From IMG/VR virus record IMGVR_UViG_3300008120_000066, positions 1 to 62,373 of that record: a DNA stretch of 62,373 nt; one strand, written 5' to 3'. The position numbers were made by a program, and so were the translations under genes. Positions within the stretch are counted from its first letter, which is position 1. Each line of letters starts with the position of its first letter. The stretch is from a virus. Its lineage: Duplodnaviria > Caudoviricetes. The notes under the pieces are model-generated. The model made no database searches, was not told where the DNA came from, and worked only from the letters and a program-made list of their open reading frames with translations. Below, piece after piece: positions 20,901 to 28,386 of the stretch.

Positions 20901-23135
20901 GTATATGATGGAGCAACAAATACTATTAAACAAATTTCTGGATTTAAATCACATCAAGTTTTTAAAGTTTATAGTCACGATAGATATAGTATTAGAATTT
21001 TAGATAGTATTGGATCTAATACAATATCTACTGCTACTGGAACCTTTGGTGGATCAGAAGTTAGAGCAACACGTAATACTCTCTATACTACATATCATCC
21101 TACAATCAATTATATGGCTTTGCCAGGAACATCTGTTACTGGTCTTATTAAACACACTTCTGGTAAAAGTCCACATGGTAATGAAGTTCCATACGCAAAA
21201 GATACATCTCCAGAAACTATTATTTTAAATGATAATAATTACACTACAACTCAGAAAACAATTCTTAATAAACACAACGAAGCGCAAGTGCTTGGAAGAG
21301 ATAGTTCAGTTGAATTGCAATTAAAATTAGAATCAACAAATAAATTTGTTTCTCCAGTTATTGATTTAGACAGAGCATCTATTGTTTGTGTGCAAAATAG
21401 AATTGATGATCCAGTAACAATAAAGAGTGCGTCAACAAATTACTATTCTGCTACTGGTGGTTTTGATGGTACTGACATCTATCAATCTGAGTATGAAAAC
21501 AAAGAGGGAGTTGCCCAAGCAGCATACATAACAAGGAAAGTTCAGTTTAAAAATAGTTCAAGACTATTAAAAGTGCAAATTGCTGCTAATGTTCCTTCTA
21601 ATTCATTAGTTGATAAAACAATAAGTTCAGTTACTATACCATTTAGATTTGCTTCTGGCGCTAGAATTTCGGATCATCCAACTATATTAACACAAAGAAC
21701 AACTGCATCAACTGCATTTGCGCAAGGTGTAACATCGATAACTTTACAGTCTGGAACTGGATTATTGAGAGGAATGTATGTTTATGGTCCAGGTATTCAG
21801 AAAGGAACAAGAATATCTACATCCTATTCAAATGGATCGACTTCTCTAATTATTGATAAAGCATTAAAAGAGAATTTACCTGCTACAGCAAGTAGTGGTA
21901 CGGTGCTGTTCTTTACGTCAATTGATATTTCTTCAATGTATACTGTTTCTCAGATAGATACTGGAGATTATTTGTCTTTACCTACTGGTGTTTCTGGAAT
22001 TACTACAGGAACATATGTAACGCTGGCGCCAAAAAATAGCTACTTTACAAGAAAAGTTGGTACTTACTCAACTGGAAGTTTTCAACAATACAGTGTAACT
22101 AACTTCTTTTCTTTATCAACATTAATTGATAGAAGTAGTGGATGGATTGATGCTACTACAAACAACATGACAATTTTCTTAGATAATGTCTCAGATATTA
22201 AAGTTGGAACATATGCGTATCTTGGCAATAGTACAGGTAATGACGGCACATTTGAATATGCTCCAAAATCGCTTCGTAGAGTTGTTCAAGTTAATACTTC
22301 ATCTAAGAGTATTGTTTTAGAAGATTTATTAAGTTCTGGCGCTGAGTATGATTCAACTGGATTTGGTACAACATTTACCTTTAACAGAAATAATCCAGTT
22401 GTTACGTTTTTTGATCCACGTGTTAGAATTAGTCAAGCAACAACAGCTGCAATTGAACCAACAAATGATTCAACAACTGGTAATATAACAAACGCTATTA
22501 CATTTACAACACCACCGAACGATGTGTTTGAGGTGTATGCAAAAACATCTACTTCAGGAAACGCTACTTCTACAAATGCATATACATTTGTAAGTAGTTC
22601 TGGTGTTGCGTCTAACACAATTACACTTGCCCAAACACATAATTTAAGTTTAGGTTCTCCAATAACATACTATGGTGAGAACAATGTTGTTAGTGGTTTA
22701 ATAAATGGAGCTACTTATTATGCTATTGTTGGATCAGATTTTAGTTTAGGTGTTAATCAAATAAAATTAGCGAGTTCTTTAAACAGCGCTCTTGCTGGCT
22801 CTGCGTTAACAATAACATCAACTTCTTCTGCTGAAACACATAGAATTATTGATGTAAATCAGAAAGATGCTGCGTCAATTGAAGATGACCAGTATTTTAG
22901 AATTCTTCCAGACATTGCTGTTGGTGGAGATTCTTTATTCTATGGTAATAGTTATACTCTGGCAACAAAAGGTTCTTTAGTTACAACAGATAATCCTAAT
23001 GAGTTTATTGATCATTCGTTTACTGTTGACAACTTATCTCCATTTAACGTGGCTATAATTAAGATTGTTATGAGATCAAGAAATCCAGCATATGTGCCTA
23101 AGTTTAGAGATTTAAGAATTATCGCTACAGCATAA
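14919..23135 (+). CDS. Large virion structural protein, VrlC/DUF4815-like
   Basis: Motifs FNIPPYYDDFDEDK.F.KVLFRPG..LQARELSQLQSILQNQ, APGAHR, LAKRTYDESGDY.V.PF, RYTMRDIGK, DRFKNGFVVDNF and DPLAQTF; C-terminal P.F.DLRIIA. Confidence 0.85.
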   Translation: MDFNIPPYYDDFDEDKKFLKVLFRPGYSLQARELSQLQSILQNQVSKVGDFIFNNKSRVIPGAVMHQPTWTIKLEPLEVDTAVNVDTFVDSIIGYDILGETAGVRGRVQYAEKSDIEGNPAILYYSIISGGSDSSAYFNFNPDEILTIKQGTTSYRVRVQNASDARNYGRIFKISPGVFYVNGYFVKNDEQTISLGKYTNVPSCTIGLDVVEKIITPEEDTSLLDNSVGAPNYTAPGAHRFVIDLVLVKREIGYAADNFIELMRIRNGETEFQLKDNDLSYLQDVLAKRTYDESGDYIVDPFEMEMREHRNSDQGEWEGTRNYQKGDVVYYINTLTNTYQYYLCLDNGVSGSSTPTHTSGVGSDGGVRWRYTAKPVYDYGIYSESQGGDTDKIAFGLKQGTAYIKGYEFKTFGTTYLSADKPREYAQIKNTSTPVVLGNLLDVRVFGSPDVDNFQIVDLYKVDTIPADGSNIGILVSNGANTASNVYSSSTTYWPNGVNKLTYVIVCATSQNYVVEKMKFDHNATTKAPYNYNGASGWVPYITTSKIGTARIRYYEPYERINSRTTAKISLIDIQMNPGEDFRKVRVIGTPLSVGSTSTGGDPNCFRALVLPALYNSTSVGSASVANSGGYGVNNSGSWSDMASNLTGQGTRWTSSNQLQSGDMVWFANDPSQFFFVRGLTNGSDTTTRDNIGIVMNHATGGGISGNLLRSDCAFENPQDYDSLFTLPKTGAYTIRGGNDLQTLNTSYTVLERYTASSTATDPVVLTISTSFPDEFVSNVPTQYVVTNQDNGESVSVTSLTLTNNTQAVLSLSASASISNSIGTMQNKTFTVYAPTKKRLFNAKEKVKSLKTSTLNIIIQSALEQETLSLFKADIFRLLKVEVFPNVIFGNSIDGIVSGTGIDITNQYELDNGQRDTHYDLGRLIKGKAFPFPSGPIRVTFEYFEHSAGDYLSVDSYSDLLYEEIPTYYSKVTGRTLNLKDVLDFRPRMNDAGTFDGGTTSSSSIPQRLYGINLDMAYFMSRKDSIILERNGGLKLIQGVPSDNPILPSLPSDTMILYDIDYVPYVNQVDALNVRIKEHEHKRYTMRDIGKIDKRVQNIEQVTALNLLEKETASMNIKDQDGLDRFKNGFVVDNFRGHTVGNPRDPDHECSIDIDRRELRPAFSQVVVDLVESASTLVERTNSNYRMHDENIVTLPYYTGAEYYYKNKNELATINAKGASATTTELFRKETLLRENMDLVIVDNPYATHAEKVCQLLNTQQSGIVALTPSNDSWIEEAIPPELVIEEGGTYDSVAASKDAFGIDFGTIWNGWQVTQLGTPITATTSTTSFAGLGTSGASATTTTTSVTTQQITETNTGKEIGLKETTGKKEINGRLTARQSISYVRSRPIVFQATGLKPSTRFYAFVDETPVSDYCTQATRLLLGARSFNYEYTPYQYGNYAQARKVYETFDTNSIFGSAVTNLERRFAGQLTYPDETTAATTQFTSVYNGDVKSITNLVNGTSGLNDVARDIMGMDGEVTAFMRGEVIIGETSGTTGIVVLHEQSTNSSTGEPDGLADVLHVVNIQLGQGLGPTTRRGGFVNGEYIRGTVSRSSLNGNPLRLQLRGAGAVEAASPGNLVSTGTGRLSGVWFLTSGQTINNRAAPKFLTGKRLFTLSDSATNDITRRTSIADTIYNAVGIIDAGNGSFVSVRNAELAINNVRIDRQRTLESVVRSVNTVTWDDSPPPAPPSGGGDGGGDGGGDGGGGDPLAQTFISTIEGGKDGCFVREVELFFKNKDSFLPVVVELRTVNPGGSPSETVIPFGRKVLYPSDIITDFTGTVGTVVRFPAPVHLLDSVRYAVVLVTVSPNYEVWTARLGSADVSLNKMGNVVKQPSLGACFISKNGANWVETPETTLKVNVFRCIFNTNETLSAPSLVKLVNREIEPQSTSGRPISYTKFGNNPFRVKLNSSEVIVTQPNHGFSVGSYVSFQNVSGSSNFGFSDDNINSYTMIPDVYDGATNTIKQISGFKSHQVFKVYSHDRYSIRILDSIGSNTISTATGTFGGSEVRATRNTLYTTYHPTINYMALPGTSVTGLIKHTSGKSPHGNEVPYAKDTSPETIILNDNNYTTTQKTILNKHNEAQVLGRDSSVELQLKLESTNKFVSPVIDLDRASIVCVQNRIDDPVTIKSASTNYYSATGGFDGTDIYQSEYENKEGVAQAAYITRKVQFKNSSRLLKVQIAANVPSNSLVDKTISSVTIPFRFASGARISDHPTILTQRTTASTAFAQGVTSITLQSGTGLLRGMYVYGPGIQKGTRISTSYSNGSTSLIIDKALKENLPATASSGTVLFFTSIDISSMYTVSQIDTGDYLSLPTGVSGITTGTYVTLAPKNSYFTRKVGTYSTGSFQQYSVTNFFSLSTLIDRSSGWIDATTNNMTIFLDNVSDIKVGTYAYLGNSTGNDGTFEYAPKSLRRVVQVNTSSKSIVLEDLLSSGAEYDSTGFGTTFTFNRNNPVVTFFDPRVRISQATTAAIEPTNDSTTGNITNAITFTTPPNDVFEVYAKTSTSGNATSTNAYTFVSSSGVASNTITLAQTHNLSLGSPITYYGENNVVSGLINGATYYAIVGSDFSLGVNQIKLASSLNSALAGSALTITSTSSAETHRIIDVNQKDAASIEDDQYFRILPDIAVGGDSLFYGNSYTLATKGSLVTTDNPNEFIDHSFTVDNLSPFNVAIIKIVMRSRNPAYVPKFRDLRIIATA
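20112..20147 (+). repeat. (GGTGGTGGCGAT)x3 encoding a GGGD linker
   Basis: Three perfect 12-bp units just before the codons for GGGGDPLAQTF. Confidence 0.9.
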
Positions 23136-23365
23136 TGAAAAAAGATTATATGAGAGTAGAAGGGGTTTCTGGTTTATACAGAGACCCTCATTCTAAAGCG
23201 ATAATAAACATGGATCAAACAGGTTATGATGCGTATATTATTCAAAAACAAGCCAATGAAAGAAAAAGAAAAGAACAACAAGAAGTTAGAGATGAGATTG
23301 ATAGTATAAGAAATGATGTAAACGATATTAAAAATCTGCTTTTAAAACTATTAGAAAAGAATTAA
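23135..23365 (+). CDS. Small conserved coiled-coil protein of T4-like phages
   Basis: VEG..GLYRD..S.AIIN.D..Y..Y followed by a coiled coil; TAATG overlap with the previous gene. Confidence 0.75.
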   Translation: MKKDYMRVEGVSGLYRDPHSKAIINMDQTGYDAYIIQKQANERKRKEQQEVRDEIDSIRNDVNDIKNLLLKLLEKN

Positions 23366-23366
23366 T

Positions 23367-23702
23367 ATGGCACTACAACAAAACCTTTATATTGATCAAG
23401 GAGCAGATTTTACTACTGTTCTTACATTAACCAATGCAGCAGGAACTGGTCCATTAAATTTAACAGGTTCAACATTTGCTTGTCAGATGAGGAAAAATCA
23501 CACTTCTTCTACAGCAGTAACAATTTCAGTTTCTATACAAGATGCGCTCGAGGGAGAGATAGTGCTCAATCTTGACGATAGTATTACCACTGGAATTAAA
23601 GCTGGACGTTATGTCTATGATATTGAGATGTTAATGGCTGGTGTGAAATCTAGAATTGTCGAGGGTTTAATAATTGTTTCTCCACAGGTAACGCAGGTAT
23701 GA
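23367..23702 (+). CDS. Small virion structural protein (BppU-N/Ig-like adaptor)
   Basis: NLYIDQGADF...LNLTG....QMRK...G.I.L.L....T.....GRYVYDIE.....RIVEG...VSP.VT. Confidence 0.75.
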   Translation: MALQQNLYIDQGADFTTVLTLTNAAGTGPLNLTGSTFACQMRKNHTSSTAVTISVSIQDALEGEIVLNLDDSITTGIKAGRYVYDIEMLMAGVKSRIVEGLIIVSPQVTQV

Positions 23703-23706
23703 TGGC

Positions 23707-26700
23707 ATGTCTAAAAGAGTCACCTCGCGAGATCTAGTAAAAAAAGTATCTGCTACATCCGCTAATGATCTAGTTGTAAAAGTAAAATACGCAGCTTCTC
23801 AATTAGCTGTTTCTGTAAAAACAGCACAAGCAGATTTTAATGAGCGTGCTAAAGATGTAAAAGCTGAGCTCCAAACTTTTGTTAGTGCTGTTAATGTAGT
23901 TTTCGATATAGATAACTTTGCTGTTGAACTAATATCGAGCGGTGTTGTAATTGATGATGTAACAATTAATTTACTCAAAAATTTAGTCGAAACACCAATT
24001 CTTTCAGACATTATTGCTCAAAAGGATGTTACTAAACTCCTTGGCGATATTGTCACACTCAATGAATCTCTTGCGTTCGCATATTCCAAAGCTCTTGAAG
24101 AAATAACTTCCACCTCTGACAATGCAGATGTTTATCTTAATAAGATAAGAGAAGACACGGCAGCTGCAGCTGACTCTCTCTCATTACTAATTAACAAAGC
24201 ATTCGCTGACATATCATCTATCTCTCAAGATGACACTGTACAATATATAAAAATTCTTGGCTCAGTAATAAATACTGCACCAGCAATTGGCTATTTTGTT
24301 TCTGGACAGATTGAATATTATGTACAAGTTGGACCAGGGCAATTTAGTCCTGTGGTTACTGGATCAACCAGTATTTCTGGTGTAAGTTTTACTACAGATA
24401 CAACAGTAAATTCAAGTAATAGTTTTTTAGCATTTAATCAAACAAGAGCTACTGGTGTTTCATCATCTGTAGCAGGATATATTTCTGGTGGTTATATTAC
24501 TGCATTTGGTGGTGGTATATCAGGTATACTTGCAAACGTAAATAAAATAGACATTTCAACAAGTACGTTGTCGACAGCTTCGTTTTTACATACTACTAAT
24601 TTTGCAAAATTTTCAGCAACTGGGGTTGAATCAGACACTAGAGGTTATTATCTTGGTGGTCATAATGGCAGCACTGCTCTCAACGAGATAGATGGAGTTC
24701 AATTTTCTAATGACACCTACATAAATCCAGCAGCATCAATACCTTTAGGTTGTTCTGCTGCTGGATTTTCATCATTAGCAAAGGGATATGCTGTAAAAGG
24801 AACAACATCAAATCCACTTGGTTATATATCAAATGTACAATCTATCAGTGGCATAAGATTTGCTGACGAAACTGGGTTTCTAATTGGAGCAGCTGGTGGT
24901 CTTGAGTTAGAATCTGCGTCATCAGAGACAACAACAAGAGGATATGTTTTTGGTGGACACTATAATCAATCTCGTGTATCACACTTAAGATTTGCTGACG
25001 AAACTTATAATATTGACGGAGTTTCTCTTTTATCTGCAAGAGAATCATCAGCAGGACTTTCATCTGCTAATAGTGGATATGTTGGTGGTGGTAATCGTTC
25101 AGACATGCAAAAATTTAATTATGCTAACTCGACAGTTAATACAATCGCAGCAAGTTTAGGCACAAATACAATTGGTCCTACGAGCATACAACCAAAACTT
25201 AATCGTCAAACAACTGCAGTAATCTCTGACAGTATTGGTAAAGGTGTTGGCAAACAAGCAACTGGCGATACTGCTAGAGGAACTGACGCAACAACAAAAC
25301 GACCAAACAAAGGATTATCTGATACTGTTCGTAGCACTGAAACATTATCATTTTTTACAAGCAAAAATATTTCTCAAGACATATCTCGAATCGCAGAATC
25401 AATTGAGAAATATTTTTCAAAACAAGCAACTGGCGATACTGCTAGAGGAACTGATGTAACAACAAAACAACCAAACAAAGGATTGTCTGATACAGCTTCT
25501 TTCTCTGAGGTCATAACAAGAATAATAGAAAAACATCTCACAGATAATGTAACAACATTTGAGGGTGTTACTGGTTTCGATGGAATTTCGTTTGTTCTTG
25601 ACAATACAGAAACGAATACATCTTCTGCATTTGATGTTTTCTCAAGAGTAGTTGATTACGTTAGATCTGGTGCTGCTTACAATTTAACACATACATCTAC
25701 TGTATCAGATACAATTACTAGCAAAGATGTTGGTAAAGGTTTAAGCGATACTGCTGAAGGTGATGACGCATTATCAAAAGAGCCAGGAAAAGCATTAAGT
25801 GATACTGTTCAAGCAACTGAAACATTTACTAGATTGCTTATATTTGGTCGTTCATTTGCTGATACCTCTAGTGTCGCTGATGAGTTAACTAGATCTGTGG
25901 AGTATAGTCGTTCTGGAGCAACATATAATTTGGTAGATATTACCAGAGGAACTGATGCGATATCGAAAGAACCTAACAAAAGACTTGGTAATGTGTATTC
26001 ATCAATTGAACAGGACAAATTACTAAGCGAATATCTTAATATTCCAGATGACATTCAAGAAAAACAAACTCTTACTGCAGTATATACACCAACTGATCAA
26101 AACATATCAAGAGCAACAGACGCAAGAACTAAACAAATAGGAGTTGGCTTAACAACTGCGAGAGGTGGTAGTAGATACACTGGAACCTTTCTTGGCGGAG
26201 AATTTGTTTTAAATATTGGTTTTATTAATTCAACTACTCACCTACTAGAAGGAACAGCTAATCCTACAAGTGCTGCTTGGTTAGCGATAAAAACATTTGA
26301 AGCTGGGCAGGTTGGTGTTATAATTGATACTGTTGCTCCAGGTATTGGTCGTCAATATCCCTTTACTGTTGTTTCTTGGCAAGATGAACCAACTCGTGAG
26401 CTCCTAATAATATCATCAAATATTCCACAAGGTGCTGAACTTGATAACTTTGCAATGGACATTATTGTTAGACCAACATCATTTCAAACTGCAACTAGAG
26501 CAAGTGAAGCGATAACTAAAAAAGCAGTAACAAAAGGATTAAGTGATATTGCTCGTGGTACTGATGAGTTTGCTAGAGTTATTACATACAATCGTTCTGG
26601 CGCAACGTATAATCTGGTTCATACTGCTAGAGGAACAGATACTGATACGATACAGTATACAAAAGTTGCTGGTGGTGAATCAACTGCTGGTTTAACTGAC

Positions 26701-28191
26701 TTTGTTGGATTAGATTATAATCAAGAATTAATTTTTCCAAAATTAAAATATGATAGAGCAAGAGTATCAGACTCTGTTACTACTGGACCAGGAAAAGGAT
26801 TAAGTGATACTGCTGCAGCATCTGATTCTTTCTTTAGATTGGTCGCATTCTCAAAAAATTATGCTGATACTGCTAGAGCAACCGATGAGTTGAGTAGAGT
26901 TGTAAATTACAGTCGTCTTGGTGCAACATATAACTTAACTAGAACAGCTAGAGCAACTGATGTAGCAACAAAACAAATAGATAAGGCTCTATTCGATACT
27001 GCTCGTGGGACTGATGCGTTTACTAGAGTTGTAAACTATATTCGATCTGGAGCAACATATAATTTAGTAGATATTACTAGAGGAACAGACGCACAAACAA
27101 AAACAGCCAGTATTTATGGTGGTGGAGAAGAAGCCTATGTTGAAATAGATGTTGCTGGTATTGGACCTGACTTATCAGCAGAAATTTCTCAGAATTATAA
27201 TAAACGAAATTTTAAACCAGTTCCTTTTGTGAATTTAATTACAACAGGAACTGGAGCAAATGGTCCAGCTACTGCGCCAGCAAGTTCAGTAGTTTATACA
27301 AGCTCTCCCTTTATTCCGAACTCATTTATTGGTGGTATTAATAATGGTTACATATCTATAACTATACTAACTACTGGCGTATATACTTTCGACATTACTG
27401 GCGCAGCTGGTGGTGTTAGTACAGTTAGACCTCCTACTAACGCAGCAGCACCAACAATTAATGGATTTAAGCGTGCTCCTGGTGCAAGAATTGTTGGTAC
27501 GATATCTCTTGTTGCTGGTAATATAATTACTATGGTTATTGGTCAAGGTGGTGGCGATGACATTAACGGATGGGATAATCCAGGTGGTGGCGGTGGTACA
27601 TTTGTTACATTGGGAACTGTTGCTAATATTCAAGCTGGAACAGATACGCTATTATTTGCTGCAGGTGGTGGTGGTGGCGGTGCGGATCCTGGTTTCGGAA
27701 CAGATAATTATTCTGCTGGTATTGGTCAAGCTGGAACAGCTGGTGGTAGTACTCCCGATAACTCTGGTGGTACTGGCGGAAGTGGGGCAGGGATAAATGG
27801 TGCTTCTAATTCAACAGGTGGTGGTGGATATTTAAGTAATGCTGGTGGTACTATATCCCAAGGATTTGGTGCTGCTCCTGCCGATGGACTTTCTAGAGGT
27901 TTTAGGCAGGGCGCAGTTGGTAGTAGAAATAGTGGAACTGCAGTAGGTATTGGTGGTTTTGGTGGTGGTGGATCTGGATCTTCTCAGACATCTTCTGACC
28001 TAGATAAAGGTGGTGGTGGTGGTTACTCAGGTGGTGGTTTTGCCTTTGATAGTACCATATTCGCTGGTGGTGGTGGATCATTTGCAATTGGAGTCGCGAC
28101 TGCAGTATCAATTACTGCTGGTGGTGGAACATCATATAATGGTTCTGTTCTTATTTCTGGTAATTTTATACACAGCTACTTTATTCGATGA
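23707..28191 (+). CDS. Large repeat-scaffold fibre/adhesin protein with a Kelch-like propeller and Gly-rich domain (frame continues to 28386)
   Basis: Recurrent KGLSDTARGTD / YxRSGATYNL repeats; six GY..GG-type blades; C-terminal GAAGG...GGGGGTFV...AAGGGGG...GGFGGGG domain. Confidence 0.7.
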   Translation: MSKRVTSRDLVKKVSATSANDLVVKVKYAASQLAVSVKTAQADFNERAKDVKAELQTFVSAVNVVFDIDNFAVELISSGVVIDDVTINLLKNLVETPILSDIIAQKDVTKLLGDIVTLNESLAFAYSKALEEITSTSDNADVYLNKIREDTAAAADSLSLLINKAFADISSISQDDTVQYIKILGSVINTAPAIGYFVSGQIEYYVQVGPGQFSPVVTGSTSISGVSFTTDTTVNSSNSFLAFNQTRATGVSSSVAGYISGGYITAFGGGISGILANVNKIDISTSTLSTASFLHTTNFAKFSATGVESDTRGYYLGGHNGSTALNEIDGVQFSNDTYINPAASIPLGCSAAGFSSLAKGYAVKGTTSNPLGYISNVQSISGIRFADETGFLIGAAGGLELESASSETTTRGYVFGGHYNQSRVSHLRFADETYNIDGVSLLSARESSAGLSSANSGYVGGGNRSDMQKFNYANSTVNTIAASLGTNTIGPTSIQPKLNRQTTAVISDSIGKGVGKQATGDTARGTDATTKRPNKGLSDTVRSTETLSFFTSKNISQDISRIAESIEKYFSKQATGDTARGTDVTTKQPNKGLSDTASFSEVITRIIEKHLTDNVTTFEGVTGFDGISFVLDNTETNTSSAFDVFSRVVDYVRSGAAYNLTHTSTVSDTITSKDVGKGLSDTAEGDDALSKEPGKALSDTVQATETFTRLLIFGRSFADTSSVADELTRSVEYSRSGATYNLVDITRGTDAISKEPNKRLGNVYSSIEQDKLLSEYLNIPDDIQEKQTLTAVYTPTDQNISRATDARTKQIGVGLTTARGGSRYTGTFLGGEFVLNIGFINSTTHLLEGTANPTSAAWLAIKTFEAGQVGVIIDTVAPGIGRQYPFTVVSWQDEPTRELLIISSNIPQGAELDNFAMDIIVRPTSFQTATRASEAITKKAVTKGLSDIARGTDEFARVITYNRSGATYNLVHTARGTDTDTIQYTKVAGGESTAGLTDFVGLDYNQELIFPKLKYDRARVSDSVTTGPGKGLSDTAAASDSFFRLVAFSKNYADTARATDELSRVVNYSRLGATYNLTRTARATDVATKQIDKALFDTARGTDAFTRVVNYIRSGATYNLVDITRGTDAQTKTASIYGGGEEAYVEIDVAGIGPDLSAEISQNYNKRNFKPVPFVNLITTGTGANGPATAPASSVVYTSSPFIPNSFIGGINNGYISITILTTGVYTFDITGAAGGVSTVRPPTNAAAPTINGFKRAPGARIVGTISLVAGNIITMVIGQGGGDDINGWDNPGGGGGTFVTLGTVANIQAGTDTLLFAAGGGGGGADPGFGTDNYSAGIGQAGTAGGSTPDNSGGTGGSGAGINGASNSTGGGGYLSNAGGTISQGFGAAPADGLSRGFRQGAVGSRNSGTAVGIGGFGGGGSGSSQTSSDLDKGGGGGYSGGGFAFDSTIFAGGGGSFAIGVATAVSITAGGGTSYNGSVLISGNFIHSYFIR
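25252..25493 (+). repeat. About 74-bp near-identical direct repeat (25252-25325 and 25420-25493)
   Basis: AAACAAGCAACTGGCGATACTGCTAGAGGAACTGA...CCAAACAAAGGATT(A/G)TCTGATAC occurs twice, 168 nt apart and in frame. Confidence 0.85.
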
Positions 28192-28386
28192 GATCGATTT
28201 AGATTACAAGATCAAATTACCACAAAAGAACCTGGAAAGGGATTAAGTGATGTCGCTCGTGGCACTGATACAATTGCAAAAGATATTAGTATACAAGCAA
28301 GTGGTCAGGCGAGAACAAAACTTACTGAATTTACACCTATAAATTATACTCAAGACCTATTACACATTATTCAAGCAGATCTATGA
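28192..28386 (+). other. In-frame continuation of the 1494-aa scaffold protein beyond the TGA (64 codons)
   Basis: Reads DRFRLQDQITTKEPGKGLSDVARGTDTIAKDISIQASGQARTKLTEFTPINYTQDLLHIIQADL*. This matches the protein's own internal repeats and ends in an ATGA overlap with the next ORF. Confidence 0.75.

Noticed and set aside
28010-28246. 78-aa ORF MVVVVTQ...
   Set aside because: Mostly an off-frame reading of poly-Gly codons. Only LYTATLFDE looks protein-like, and it is covered under the TGA finding.
2430-28386. Genome-wide stop-codon reassignment to explain the internal stops
   Set aside because: TAA and TGA both end many conserved genes at their expected ends (TAA: gp6, gp18, gp23; TGA: gp13, gp17, gp47), so any recoding would have to be site-specific.
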